In this document: piece by piece, positions 12,760 to 26,039 of the stretch
Position numbering within the stretch: position 1 is the stretch's first letter
How the letters are laid out: the number at the start of each line of letters is the position of its first letter
Assembly (NCBI RefSeq): GCF_028641065.1
Contig: NC_073403.1
Location: forward strand, 10,540,001-10,604,000
Source of the DNA: Leucoraja erinacea
Lineage: Eukaryota
Length of the DNA: 64,000 bases
Direction of reading: 5' to 3'
Translations under genes and position numbers: made by a program
Notes under the pieces: generated by a model
Databases searched by the model: none
Told to the model about the DNA's origin: nothing
Seen by the model: only the letters and a program-made list of their open reading frames with translations

Positions 12760-13619
12760 CAGCAGGCAGTGAAGAAAGCGAATGGCATTTTGGCCTTTAT
12801 CACAAGAGGAGCCGAGTATAGGAGCAAAGAGGTCCTTCTGCAGATGTACAGGGCCCTAGTGATACCACACCTGGAGTATTGTGTGCAATTTTGGTCCCCT
12901 AATTTGAGGAAGGACATTCTTGCTATTGAGGGAGTGCAGCGTAGGTTTACAATGTTAATTCCCGGGATGGCGGGGCTGTCATATGCTGAGAGAGTGGAGC
13001 AGCTGGGCTTGTACACTCTGGAGTTTAGAAGGATGAGAGGATATCTAATTGAAACATATAAGATTGTTAAGGGTTTGGACAAGTTAGAGGCAGGAAACAT
13101 GTTCCCGATGTTGGGGGAGTCCAGAACGAGGGGCCACAGTTTAAGAATAAGGGGTAAACCATTTAGAACGGAGATGAGAAAACACTTTTTCTCACAGAGA
13201 GTTGTGAGTCTGAGGAATTCTCTGCCTCAGAAGGCGGTGGGGGCCGGTTCTCTGGATACTTTCAAGAGAGAGTTAGAGAGGGCTCTTAAAGATAGCGCAG
13301 TCAGGGGATATGGGGAGAAGGCAGGAACGGGGTACAGATTCGGGATGATCAGCCATGATCACATTGAATGGCGGTGCTGGCTCGAAGGGCCGAAGGGCCT
13401 ACTCCTGCACCTATTGTCTATCTAAACCTAAACATGACCAGTTGAGTTCCTCTGGTGTATTGCTCGCCATTCCCGAGTGCCTGCTACCTCAGGCCGGGCT
13501 GTCAATCACCCGGGCTGAGCACATCCCGCCGTTTCTGGAACCGCCCTGTGGGCGTCAGTGCCGAGTCATTCTTGTTTCAAGCGTCAGTGACGAGCCCGGA
13601 GCCCAGCAATGACTGGCTC

Positions 13620-13660
13620 ATTCTCGAAGCGTCCGGAGCTCTGCCCGTGGAATATATAAG
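13620..13660 (+). promoter_or_regulatory. HSE plus TATA box of hsp30 copy 3
   Basis: aTTCtcGAAgcGTCcgGAGc at 13620-13639, TATATAAG at 13653-13660; upstream TTCtgGAA (13533-13540) and CGTCA/TGACG half-CRE sites (13552-13592). Confidence 0.8.
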
Positions 13661-13753
13661 GCGTGTGTTCCGAGGGCTGCGATAGATCAGACACTGAAGT
13701 CTACGAGTTCATACCAGCCGGTTTTGAGCCAAGTGACAGAAGAGGCAGAGACG

Positions 13754-14407
13754 ATGCTGAGCTGCCGGACTTTCCTCCCTTCCCGTCGGTGGCAGCAGCC
13801 TGTGCACACACTGTGGTCCGCTCCACTCGCTGTCTTTGAGCCGCTCGAGTGGCCCGCGTGGGAACAGGCGGTGGAAGCGAGACCGGGCACGAACTTCATG
13901 GAGCGAGTTGTCGAGGAGCTGGCGAGAGAGTTCAGGGGGGAAAGAGCAAGGAATGAGAAGCAGAGAGCCGATGCCGGTGGAGAGGTTCACGGGGAGACAG
14001 TGGACAAGGGTGGAGATGGTTTTTCTCTGTCCCTGGATGTGCCGCGATTCTCCCCTGAAGAACTGAAGGTGAAAGTACTTGGAAGAAAAGTGCTGGTGAC
14101 GGGAAAACACGAGAAGAAGAGCGAGGACGGCAGCGGCTCTTACAGTTACAAATATGAAGAGTTCAGGAGGGAGTTCCAGCTGCCAGAAGACGTCGATGCT
14201 GAAGCTCTGAACTGCTGTTTGTCCCAGGACGGTCGGTTAAAGGTTCGAGCCCCACGCCTGGCGCTGCCGGCTGCGGATGAGCGAGGCGTCCCCATCAACG
14301 TCGCCTCTGATACAACAACCAGTCCGCGGTTAAATCCCGGTGGAGAGGCGCAGGAGCAAGAGAATGGGAACGCTGTGGGGAACAAGTCATCGGCTGTTCA
14401 ACAATGA
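13754..14407 (+). CDS. hsp30: Small heat shock protein, Hsp30/HSPB9-like, copy 3 (217 aa)
   Basis: Differs from copy 2 at about six residues; ATG at 13754, TGA 14405-14407; AATAAA at ~14759. Confidence 0.92.
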   Translation: MLSCRTFLPSRRWQQPVHTLWSAPLAVFEPLEWPAWEQAVEARPGTNFMERVVEELAREFRGERARNEKQRADAGGEVHGETVDKGGDGFSLSLDVPRFSPEELKVKVLGRKVLVTGKHEKKSEDGSGSYSYKYEEFRREFQLPEDVDAEALNCCLSQDGRLKVRAPRLALPAADERGVPINVASDTTTSPRLNPGGEAQEQENGNAVGNKSSAVQQ

Positions 14408-14982
14408 GCACTCTTCCTGCTCCTTCACAACGAACATTTCCCACTGGTTGTTTACTGTGGAGCTGAACTTTGTGCAAACTTCTGCAAGAGCAGCAAAATA
14501 TATCTCGTGTTTCTTGCTACATTTGGAAACAATGTCCAATAATTAATCCCTTTCCCTATTGATTTGTATATTATTGATATAAAATAGATGTAAATGAATG
14601 TCAGCCTGGTATGCTTAAAAGTTGTTGATTTTGTTCAAATAATTGTATCATCAATTGACAAAAAGTAGATAACATTGAATGTCGACCTGTAATGGTGAAA
14701 TGTTGCGTTATTTCTCTTGAAACCAGCTTCGTTGTTTTGTACGATTGCTAATTGTGAAAATAAACTTGCATTTTCCTAAACTACGATAGCTTGGACTTCG
14801 TTTCCTCGCCCGTCAGGCGAAGTGGGGAAGAAAGGGAGAACTAAAGAATGGATGGCGAGTCTGGTCAGTCGGAGTTTGGAGGGCGTTGGAGAAATTGTTA
14901 CTTACTAAAGAGAGGAAAGACGAAGGATAGACAGGCAGAAGAAAGAATTGGGGATAGTTTCAGCACCACTTGACAGAGGGAG

Positions 14983-17080
14983 TTGGGGAATGAGCTGCCA
15001 GAGGAGGTAGTGGACGCAGGTACCATAACAACATTTAAAATATATTTGGACAGATACGTGGATAGGAAATGTTTAGAGAGATATGGGCCCAAAGCGGACA
15101 GGTGGGATGGCAGATGGGGCATCTTGGTCAGCATGGGTACGTTGGGCCAAAGGGTCTGTTTCCATGCTGTATGACTCTTCCTCCCCGTCTCCTTGCAGTC
15201 TCGGTGCAAACAAAAACCAAAGAGTTGGCCTTCGCGTTGGGGACTCTATGGCGGGAAAAACCGGGAGGAATAGTGAACGATGGTGGCCACTGATGGGCCA
15301 ACGAGGAACTAGAGGGTGGAAGCGATTTTCATTGGAACAGTAAACATGGAAGTATTTTTTTGTGTAGTGACTTATCAAATTGTTGAATTCTTCAACAATT
15401 CTACTCAAGCTCTCCCTAGGGCTCAGACCCTCTAGTCCTGGCAACATCCTTGTAAACCTTCTCTGAACCCTATCAAGCTGACAATATATTTCGGACAACA
15501 TGGTGCCCAAAACTGAACACAATACTCTAAATGCGGCCTCACCAACATCTTATACAACTGCAATATGACCTCCCAACTTCTCTACTCAATACCCTGACTG
15601 ATGAAGGCCAATGTACCAAAAGCCTTTTTGACCACCTTATCTACCTGTGACTCGACCTTCAAGGAACCATGCACCTGCACGCCCATATCCCTGCTCTACA
15701 ACACTCCCCAGAGACCTGTGTAGGTCCTGCCCTTATTAGATGTCCTAAAATGTAATACCTCATAATTACCTGTATTAAATTCCATCAACCATTCCTCAGC
15801 CCACCTGGCCAATCGATCAAGATCCTGTTGCAATCTTTCACAACCATCTTCACTATCTGCATAACCACCCACTTTTTCATCATCAGCAAACTTGCTAATC
15901 TTGCCCTGTATGATCTCATCCAAATCATTGATGTGGATGACAAACAGTAACGGGCCCAGCACCGAACCCTGAGACACACCACTAGACACAGGCCTCCAGT
16001 CTGAGAAGCAACATTCCACCATCAACTTCTGCTTCCTTCCATATTTACTATCCATTCAGCTCTCTGCTTGGATCCCACACGATCTAACCTTCCAGAGCAG
16101 CTACCATGCGGAACCTTGTTGAATGCCTTCCTGAAATTCATGTATACCTCTACAGCTCTGTCCTCGTTGACCTTTGTGCTCAGGGGTCTTGGTGAATTGT
16201 TGCTATGCATCCTATAGATGATACAATCCACTGCGACTTTGCATCGGTGATGAGTGTGAATGTTGTGTATGGGATGCCTATCAAGCAAGCTATGTCCTGT
16301 ATGCTGTTGAACTCCCAGTGACATTGGAACTGCACTCATCAGGGAAGTAGAAAGTGTCCCATCACACTCCAGACTCAAGCCTTGTGGATAGTGGACAGGC
16401 TTTGGGGAGTTAAGGGGGAGCTACACCCTGCAGGGCTCCTTGTCTCTGACCCGTTATCTGATTTGACCTCTGGCCACATTGTAGCCACATAAGTTCAGTT
16501 TCTGATCAATGGTAATCATGTGGGTATTGATATTGAAGACCCAGTGATGGTAAATCCGTTGAAAGCCACGTGGGTAATATGTGAATCACATATGTGAATG
16601 TCAGGTGGGGAGCCCGCTTGTTGAATAGCGTCATTTACTGGCACAGACATTAGTTGTCATCCATCAGCCCAGGCCTGGATACTGCCCAGCTCTTGCTGCA
16701 TTTGGATGTGGGCTGTTTCATTATCTGAGTTGTGGTGAATGATGCGGAACATTGAAATTATCAAAGAATATCTGTCCATCTGATCTTACAATTGAAGGAA
16801 GGTCATTGATGAAGTAGCTGAATTAGACCGAGGACACTGTCCTGAGGGACAAAGGTGCCTTGTGAATGAGATGATTGATCTCCAGCCACCACAACCATCT
16901 TCCTTTGTGCTTGATCGGATTCCAGCCACTGGAGAGTTTTCCCTGCGATTCACATCGCTTCAGTTTCGTCAGGGATTCATGATGCCATCCTCTATCAAAT
17001 GCTGCCTTGATTGCAACGAGAGTTATTTTTTAATGTATCTATGGAGCTCAGCACTTTAGTCTATGTTTGGATGGAAGCTG
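14983..17080. mobile_element. Cluster of degenerate LINE fragments (CR1 on both strands plus another LINE)
   Basis: NELPEEVVDAGTITTFK (+, 14983); minus-strand GVSQGSVLGPLLF, KFADD and KAFNKVPH fragments at 15405-16170. Confidence 0.7.
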
Positions 17081-17589
17081 TAATGAGTTTCAGCAGGCAT
17101 AGGGCTGAACATAGCATGTGTATGGAGGAACTGCAGATGCTGGTTTAAACCGAACATAGACACAGAAAGCTGGAATAACTCAGTGAGTCAAAGAGCATTT
17201 ATAGGGACAAGGAATAGTTGATATTTCGGGTTGAGACCCTTCATCAGACTGAACATAGCACCATCGATTATCCCTTCCATCACTTTGCTGATGATCCAGA
17301 GTAGACTAATGGGGTGTTATATAACAAAAGTAGACTAATATGATATGCTGCTATATTGTGCATAGGTCACATTATGTAAACCAAATTACCAATAGTAAAT
17401 TTGCTGTTTAATTGCTGATGTACGTCATTCTACCACCTACTGGAACATTCAAGCAACTGCGGGCCAACATTAGCCTTTTTCTTACTCATAAACTTAAACT
17501 GTGGAAACACAATCACCCCCACAACTACCATGAGCAAGGCTAATATCACTTGTCCCAACTTATTTGTACAAAATCTCCAACAGCTCCAG

Positions 17590-18330
17590 GTGAGCACAAA
17601 TGTTCTGATTGAAAGGGGAATGGAAAGTTGGTCAAGACTTTCAAGTTCCTTGGTATTAATGTTATCAACGATCTGCCATGGACGAACCCCATGATGCGAC
17701 ATTCAAGAAGGCACACCCACACCTTTGGTTCCTTCGGAGACTGAAGAAATTAGGCATGTCTCCAATGACTCTTACAAACTTCCACTGATACACCATAGAA
17801 AGCGTACCGTCACATTGAGTCACAGCTTTGTTTGGGAACAACACTGTGTAAGACCGTAAGAAATTGCAGAGGATTGTGGATGTAGCCAGTCCATCATACA
17901 GACCAGACTACCAACCATTGACTCCATTTACACTTCACTCTGCCTCAGAAAAGCAACCAACATAATCAAAGACTTGTCCTATCTTAGTCATTCCTTCTCC
18001 CTGCTCCCAGCCGGCAGAAGGTACAGAAGCTTGAAAGTCCGCAACACCAGACTCAAGAGCAGCTTCTTCACAGTTATCTGGCTTCTGAATGGTTTTCCTA
18101 CAAGCTGGGGTTCTGTGATTCACCTTTACCTCTTTAGGGACATTGGACTTTGTCAATGAAACTAACGTGCTATAATACCAAGAACTATATTCTGCGTTCT
18201 ATATCTATCCCTTCATTGTATTTAAGTTTGACTTGATTAGATTTATGTATTGTACATCCAATCTTGTTGGATAGCATACAAAGCTCTTTACTGTAACTTG
18301 ATACACGTGACAATAATGGACCTAAACCTA
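17590..18330 (+). mobile_element. Rex1/Babar-like LINE 3' fragment
   Basis: FSLLPAGRRYRSLKVRNTRLKSSFF..IWLLN, typical of the C-terminus of fish Rex/Babar-type ORFs; related pieces near 7790-8130, 61330-62020 and 63395-63680. Confidence 0.55.
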
Positions 18331-19891
18331 TACGTTTTCTGCCAGAGATGCACAGAGCTTCTGTAGCTAACCTCACAAAATGGCATCTCCTTGTGTTTTT
18401 AGTTATTTGTGTCCCGATTCTCTAAAGGAATGAAATAAAACACTAGTTATTCTTATGGAAGCTAGAGTCATAGAAGTTAGAGATGAATATATTATATATT
18501 CTTAATATATATGATAATATATATTATATATTAAACATTGTTAAGATGGAGACACAAGAAACTGCAGATACTGGAATCGTGAGCAAAAACACAAAGTGCT
18601 GGAAGAAATCTGTGGGTCAGGCAGCATCTGTGGAGGGAATGGACTGAAGGTGACTCAGGTCGGGATCCTTCTTCAGAGTGCCCATTCCCTCCAGATACTG
18701 TCAGACCTGCTGAATTTCAGAAGCACTTTGCTTTTGAACGACATCGTTACTCCCATCACAGTATACCCTCTACTCTCAAAATAAATCGGAGTTTTCTTTC
18801 CTAACTCTGAAGTCCTGCAGACTTTTCACACAAAAGCCTGCAGACATCGCTTAGCAGACGGGGGCATATCTGCCATTTGGTTTCTTTTTGCTGTTATCCA
18901 GTACAATTCCTTGTTGGAACTAAATAATTTTATGTTCTATTTTCCCAATGCACTGCTTCCCCCTTAAACTTTAATATGTGTACAAATATATTAATCCATT
19001 TCCTACATTTAAAAAGTTTAAACGTTTCTAAAAGCTTCACTTCCTAAGTTAATGCACACTTTTCAAAACAAAATGAAGCAGGATTAAATATTTAAATGTT
19101 TAATGGACCAGGCTTAATTTTGGGAAATAAAGGTGATTTTCTGGCAGATTTCTGTACTAGTGAATTAACAATCGGGGAGATGTTGTTCTCAAATGGGAGC
19201 CGCTTCAGTTGAAAAGGAGAAGTGCTTAAACTGAACTAAACTCTCAAAATATCCATGTGAGCAAGGTAACAAAGCCTTGACTGATCCTACTTCCTGTTCG
19301 GCCATCTACGTTTTTCAAAGCAAACCACAGAGTGAACTTGTTCTGAAACAACTATGTAAATCGATTTATTTTTAAAGTAACAATTTTAAGAGTCTAGAGT
19401 GTTTGTAAAATTCTGAACAATCGGGGGGAATGTTGTTCTCATCCTTATAGTGTCAATCACTTTGTTTACTCCAAACTTCTGCCAAATTATCACTAATGGT
19501 AGGAATTCCATTTGAAAACAAAATACCTTTCCAGTGTCACATGCAATTGCCCCTTGGGTTCTGATGAAATCTTTTCCCTTTCATCTCAAACCTAGTTCTA
19601 GATACCCCTACTCTGTTCATCCATCCTATCTATGCCCCTTCAAAATGGGAGGAGAATTTATTTAGACCAGACATAATTTTATACACCTCTACAAGATCGC
19701 CCCACATCTTCCTGCTCTCAAAGGAATAATTTCAATAAGAAAAAACTTAATTTATTTCTGATAAAGAAATTTGCTGCCTATTGTTGCTGCTTTGCTCAAT
19801 ATCCAGATATACCGATTTTATACTGCAAAAAACTGCCTCTTCAATCCTTGCAAAGAAAGACAAACCATACAACAGAGAAGTCACACAAATT

Positions 19892-20002
19892 TCCCCACCC
19901 CCGATCGGTCTGAAGAAGGGTTTCGGCCCGAAATGTTGCCTTTTTCCTTCGCTCCATAGATGCTGCTGCATCCGCTGAGTTTCTCCAGCTTTTTTTTTTG
20001 TA
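19892..20002 (+). mobile_element. Penelope-like 3' end fragment with hammerhead-like motif
   Basis: CTGAAGAAGGGTTTCGGCCCGAAATGTT from 19910; 10-bp TSD CACACAAATT at 19882-19891 and 20003-20012. Confidence 0.7.
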
Positions 20003-21389
20003 CACACAAATTAAGAACTGCTTTCACAAGTTTTAGTAAGCGTTTGAGACTTTGCTCTTCAGGTATTCTTTTTACTTAAATCTTGGCCACAAAATTCCGA
20101 TCCAAATTTTCAAAGTTTTGTTGTCCTTTGAGGCACTCTAAAATTTGTTTTCCATCTTTTTTTTTTTTTTTTAAGGATACAGCAAGATCAATCTCCCGAT
20201 TCATCCTTGATATGCTGGGGGTGAGCTCTCTTCTTGATCTGTTGCTCCAGAGATGTTATTAGTTTGGGAGCTCTGGGATTTTAAGATATAATGAGGGCAC
20301 CCTCATCAAAGGAACTGCAGGTTCCCGAGAGAGTCACTCACCACCACCATGAGGGCATTTCAAACACGTATCACATGAATGAATAAAAACTAAGTTGAAA
20401 GGTACTCCTTAAAGAGACCTTTCCAGAGGGAATTCCCCAGCTTAGCCCTTACGTAGCTGAATAAATTGTTGCCAGTGGTAGAGGGGAATTTTGGATTTTG
20501 CAAGAAAGCAGGAAATGGAGGAGACACAGGTAACTGCAAATGTAGGAAACTGGATTAAAAAAAACAAACTGCTGAAAGAGCTCAGCAGGTCAAACAGTAT
20601 GTGTGGAGGTAAACAAACAGTCAACATTTTGGCTCAATCTTGGAATAAGTGTGTGGAAGAAAGATAGCTAGTAGGGACAAGTGATAAACAGTGGTGATGC
20701 AGACAGGGTGGTTAGGATGAGCAGAAGGAGCGAGGTGTGCGAGGTGGGGAGTGAAGAGGCAGAGGTCGGTAAGCAATAGATGGTACCAGAAAGGAGGTGG
20801 GGATGTCGGGCAGATGGAGGCTATGGAGCTGGAAGAGTAAAATCTTGCAGAGTAAAGGGGGTGGCAGAGACAGTGAGGGGTTATGAAGGATTTTTTTTTT
20901 AAGTGTTGATATATGTAGGTTGTTTGTTATACTTGTTACAAACTATAAATGTAAGACAAGATTATTTTGTGAAGCTTGGGAATTTCACTCAAAATGAACA
21001 TTTCATTTTCAACATATATTCATCATTATGCATTTTATTTGCAAATTTAGTTATAAAGCACATTAATATTGGATATTAGCTGAAGAACACCTAAAGAATG
21101 GAATATTAAACTGGAAAACCAAGTTTGAGGGGTAAATGACACACTGCCTTTAGTTTGCAAAAGAAAGGACCAGTTTCACCATTCACTGGACAGAAACAGC
21201 TGATGTTTGAATTCGTTCAGTAAAGATGGTGGTTGGAATATTTACTGAGAGGCCAGACACGATTCAGATAGACAGTCACAAGGTTTACTACAGCCTATAA
21301 TTGTGGAATGTGGTCAACCAGAACCATTTAAAGAGGTGGAGCACTACATAAGAATAGAGTGCAAGCTAAGGGCTGGTGCTCCAAGATCC

Positions 21390-22720
21390 TTCTGTTCAGC
21401 AACACACCCCAGGACCCCCAACTGTGAAGATCCTACACCAGTTTGACTTCTTAAAATGCAACATCTCACACTCATCTGAATTAAATTATATTAGCCATTC
21501 CTCAGCCCACTTGCCCAGTGATCAAGATTTTTCTAAATCTTGATTACTATCTTCACTAGGTGATGGAAGATGAAAGAAAAGCATTAAAAAAAAAAATTAT
21601 TAGGATATCACTGTCTGCAATACCATCCACCTTAGTGTCATACTAATTACGCCTTATACGTTCACATCCAAATCATTGATATAGATGACAAACAGCAATG
21701 GGCCCCGCAGCAAACCACGAGGCATGAATCACAGGGCTCCAGTCTGAAAAACAAATTTTCATCACCACAGTGTGAAGAAGGGTTTCGGCCCGAAACGTTG
21801 CCCATTTCCTTCGCTCTATAGATGCTGCCTCACCCGCTGAGTTTCACCAGCATTTATGTCTACCTTCGATTTTCCAGCATCTGCAGTTCCTTCTTAAACA
21901 TTCCATCACCACTGTTTCCTTCCATGAAGCCAATTTTTAGCTAGTTCGCCTTGGATCCCATGCAATCTAACCTTCCAGAGCAACCTACCAAATGCCTTAG
22001 TGAAATCCATATAAACAATGTCAACAACTCTGCCCTTATTAATCATTCGGGTTATATCAAAAAAACTGTCTATGTTAGAGCATGTAAACATAATCCCGCA
22101 GAATACTCTCTAGTAATTTTCTGACCTCTGACGTTAGACTCACTGGCCTATATTTCCCAGAGTTTTCCTTGCTGCCCTTAAATAGAGGCACAACATTTTC
22201 CTCCCTCCTGTACCTCAATGATATTTAATGAGGTTTCATAAATTTCTTCTCTAGCTTCCCCCTGATATATCTGATCACTCGGGAGATTTGTCGACCTTCA
22301 TACACGTTAGGACCACCAGCACTTCCTCGACTGTAATACTGACTACCATCAAGACACTTCCATTAACTGCCCCAAATTTTGTGGTTGTCATGTCTTTCTC
22401 CATGGTAAAAAGAGGAGAAATATTGATTGAAGACCTTGCTCATCTCCTGTGGCTCCACAGAGTTGACTGTTTTATTCCACAAGGGGCCCTATTGTCCATG
22501 GTTACATTTACCCTGAATGGACATAAAAACGATTAGGATTATCCTTAATATTGCGATTTCCTTTTTAGTATGTTCAATTCCCGAAAATCATCCAGGGATA
22601 CACTTGATCCCAGTTGCCTCTACCTGCTCCATGCCTCCTAACTCTTGACCAGAGCCTCAATTCTTATCATCATCAAAGTTTCCCTACACTCATCTGCCTT
22701 GCCCTACACCCTAACTGTAA
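21390..22720 (-). mobile_element. Degenerate CR1 LINE with a nested Penelope-like fragment at ~21773-21900 (+)
   Basis: VDIVYMDFTKAF and HGIQGEL remnants; nested gaagaagggtttcggcccgaaacgttg...gcagttccttcttaa. Confidence 0.65.
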
Positions 22721-23729
22721 CAAAACATTGGACCAACGAGGACCTGCAAATTAAAACAGCAAGTGAAAGAAAATAATGTACAGTGAATAACTCCAATATG
22801 AAAGTGAAACCACACCCAAGAAAGCTTGAAGGTGGAACAAAAATTATCAAAGTTGCAGATGCAGAAATTCTAACGTAAACAGGAAAGACTGGAAACACTT
22901 TCAAGAACAGATTAAGAAGCATTAGCTGTCAGGAAAGAAATTATTACAGGTCAAGGTCATTTAATCAGAACTGAAATGAGAAAACAAGCTTAATTTCAGT
23001 GGAAGTGAGAGTGAGAGATGGAGAGGTGAAAGAGAAAATGCTTGAAATATTCATCAGCTCAGTCACCATCTGTGAAGAGATTGGCAGAGCTAATGCTGCG
23101 AGGCATTTTTTTTATTGGAACCAGGGAAAGTTATAAAAAAAGGTTTTGAGATTCAGAGAAAGAGGGCAAGGGAAGAATGATCAAAAGCAACAGGTTGGAA
23201 TGGGGGTCAGTAGAAGTTTAATGACAAAGGGGTGATAGTGCAAGACAAAAGAAGACAGTGAAGGGACAAGGAAGATAAATGCATTCCAAAGGAACTGTGA
23301 ATGGAAATGCAGAAGCCTAATTGGAAATTTAAAATAGGTTTGCTTAAAATCTGAAACAAAAATATTCATTATCTGCAACCATATTGTTGAATTTGAAAGG
23401 ATGTAATGTGCCCAGATAGGTGACCTGCTATTCTTGGAGGTTATGCTGAATTCTAACGTTGGAGTAGGATGGAACAGAGAATCAAGGTGTAGAGGCGACA
23501 TGTTTTTCTTTCAGTGTCATGCGTGCAGAGAAAGTGGATATTCTAGAATGTATTCATTTGATTCAAATTCAGTAATCACAATACATAGATGCTGAGTGGA
23601 ACTGAGCAGTATAGATGGTGGGCAGCTCTGAGAAGAATTCTCTGCTCCCCTCCAAAAAAAAAAAAATCACAAGATCTTCCGTATCTCCCCGACAGGACTG
23701 ATTAGTTTATTGTTTGCATGCAGCAGCAC

Positions 23730-24235
23730 CACATACACTTCCACCTCCTCCAACCTTGCAGATTGCAGAGGTGCTCTCGATGGGGCATCTCTACATAGCA
23801 GAGACAAAGCATACACTTGTGCGACCATTTTGAGAACATTTACGTTCTGACCTCAAGGGCATGTTGGAGCTCCTGGATTCAAGCTATTTAATTCATCCTC
23901 TGTGTACTCCTTTCCCGCACTAAACCCCCAGCCCATCGATTCTACATTTCACTCCCCATCTTCCTTCCTCTATTTCCACACCTGCAACCTTTTGACATGT
24001 GCACATAGTCTCCACCCAACCTCTCCCCCACCCGACTCATCTAACAATTCCCCCTTCACTGGAATCCGCGTTACTTACCAGTTCTCGAGTCCTTCCCCTC
24101 TTTCAAACCAGCTTTCCCCACTCTCCTTCTTCATCAGTCCATCTGTTCATTTTCTTCTACAGATGTTGCTTGACTCGCTGAGCTCCTCCAGCAGCTTTAT
24201 TTTGTTCAAAATTCCAGCATCTGTAGTTTGTCTCC
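23730..24235 (+). mobile_element. Old Penelope-like remnant with GIY-YIG endonuclease
   Basis: 23775-23850 reads approximately G-H-L-Y-I-A-E-T-K-H-T-L...D-H-F...E-H-L-R-S (YIG-ET motif, frameshifted) and ends in the same ...ccagcatctg(t/c)agtt tail; an opposite-strand remnant lies at ~22830-23530. Confidence 0.55.
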
Positions 24236-24282
24236 ATTTAAATAGTGTCACTTGCATGTAAAAGCTTTCTATATTAGTTATA

Positions 24283-26001
24283 CAGTGCCCTCCATAATCT
24301 TTAGGACAAAATCCCATCATTTATTTGCCTCTGTACTCAACAATTTGAGATTTGTAATAGAAAAAAAAGGAAAAAAAAGAACACAAGAAAAAAGAAAAGT
24401 CACATGTGGTTAAAGTGCACGTTGTCAGATTTTAATAAAGGCCATTTTTATACATTTTGGTTTCACCATGTAGAAATTACAGCAGTGTTTATACATAGTT
24501 CCCCCCATTTCAGGGCACCGTAATGTTTGGGACACGGCAATGTTATGTAAATGAAAGTAGTCATGTTTAGTATTTTGTTGCATATCCTTTGTATGCAATA
24601 ACTGCTTGAAGTCTGCAATTCATAGACATCACCAGTTGCTGGGTGTCTTCTCTGGTGAGGCGGTGATATTTACCTTATGCTTGTTTTGGGGGCTAGTCCC
24701 CTTCAGTTTTCTCTTCAGCATATAAAAGGTATGCTCCATTGGGTTCAGATCGGGTGATTGACTTGACCACTCAAGAATTGACCATTTTTTAAGCTTTGAA
24801 AAACTACTTTGTTGCTTTGTTGTCTGAAGAAGAGTCTCGACCCAAACGTCACCTATTCATTCGCTCCATAGATGCTGCCTCACCCACTGAGTTTCGCCAG
24901 CATTTTTATTTACCTTTGTTGCTTTAGCAGTTTGTTTGGAATAATTGTCTTGAGTTTTGAGGCATTTATTTGAACTTGAGCAGATAGGATGTGTCTATAC
25001 ATTGCAGAATGCATTATGCTTCTACCATCAGCAGTTGTATCATCAATGAAAATAAGTGAGCCAGTACCTTCAGCAGCCGTACATGCCCAGGCCATAACAC
25101 CCCCATCATCATGTTTCACAGATGAGGTGCTATGCTTTGGATCTTGGGCAGTTCCTTCTCTCTTCCATACTTTGTTCTTCCCATCACTCTGATATAAGTT
25201 AATCTTCGTCACCTCTGTTCACATGACCTTTTTCCAGAACTGTGGTTGCTCTTTTAAGTGCTTCTTGGCAAACTGTAACCTGGCCATCCTATTTTTGCAA
25301 CTAATCAATGGGTTGCATCTTGCAGTGTAGTCTCTGTATTTCTGTACATGAAGTCTTATGCGGATAGTGGTCATTGACAAATCCACACCTGACTCTTACA
25401 GAGTCTTTCTCATCTGTCGGAGAGGTGTTTGGGGATTTTTCTTTATTATAAAGAGAATTGTTCTGTCATCAGCTGTGGAGGTCTTCCTTGACCTGCCAGT
25501 CCCTTTGCGATTAGTAAGCTCACCAGTGCTTTCTTCCTAATGATGTTCCAAACAGTTGATTTTGTAAGCCTATGGTCTGACTGATGTTTCGAACAGCTTT
25601 ATTCTTGTTTCTCAGTCTCATAATGGCTTCTTTGACTATCATTGGCACAACTTTGGTCCTTGTGTTGATAAACAGCAATAAAAGTTTTTAAAAGTGAAGG
25701 AAAGACTATGAGAGCTCTTATACCTGCATTAAAGAGGCAATTAAACACACCTGAGCAATTACAAACACCTATGAAACCATGTGTCCCAAACATTATGGTG
25801 CACTGAAATGGGGGAACTATGTATAAACACTGCTTTAATTTCTACATGGTGAAACCAAAATGTATAAAAATCGCCTTCATTAAAATCTGACAATGTGCAC
25901 TTTAACCACATGAGATTTTATTTATTACAAATCTCAAATTGTGGAGTAGAGGCAAATAAATAAATGATGGGCCTTTGTCCCAAACATTATGGAGGGCACT
26001 A
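24283..26001 (-). mobile_element. Tc1/mariner DNA transposon copy A (degenerate)
   Basis: TA|CAGTGCCCTCCATAAT...ATTATGGAGGGCACTA|TA; long (~250 bp) TIRs; transposase remnant INLYQSDGK..VW..SVKH..GGVMAW; Penelope fragment nested at ~24819-24913 with 12-bp TSD CTTTGTTGCTTT. Confidence 0.92.
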
Positions 26002-26039
26002 TAAATTGTTTTAAAAATTCTAATTTACACATTTAGAAA

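Larger units (their letters stand above)
8297..13419 (+). mobile_element. Long degenerate CR1 LINE (APE endonuclease, RT, 3' tail) interrupted by a solo LTR and an L2 element
   Basis: YRPP and MGDFN endonuclease motifs at 8420-8530; ESPGPDGLHP, QHGF, KAFDKVPH, FADDTK; C-terminal ORF 12760-13340; tail ctcctgcacctattgtct ends at ~13419. The 5' boundary is approximate. Confidence 0.88.
13420..14503 (+). repeat. Right arm of inverted segmental duplication (hsp30 copy 3)
   Basis: Inverted match to 6701-7781. Confidence 0.9.

Noticed and set aside
15170-15340. CpG-containing segment with an acceptor-like site as an orphan exon (also unassigned 5360-6010)
   Set aside because: No recognisable protein motif or convincing splice-site pair.
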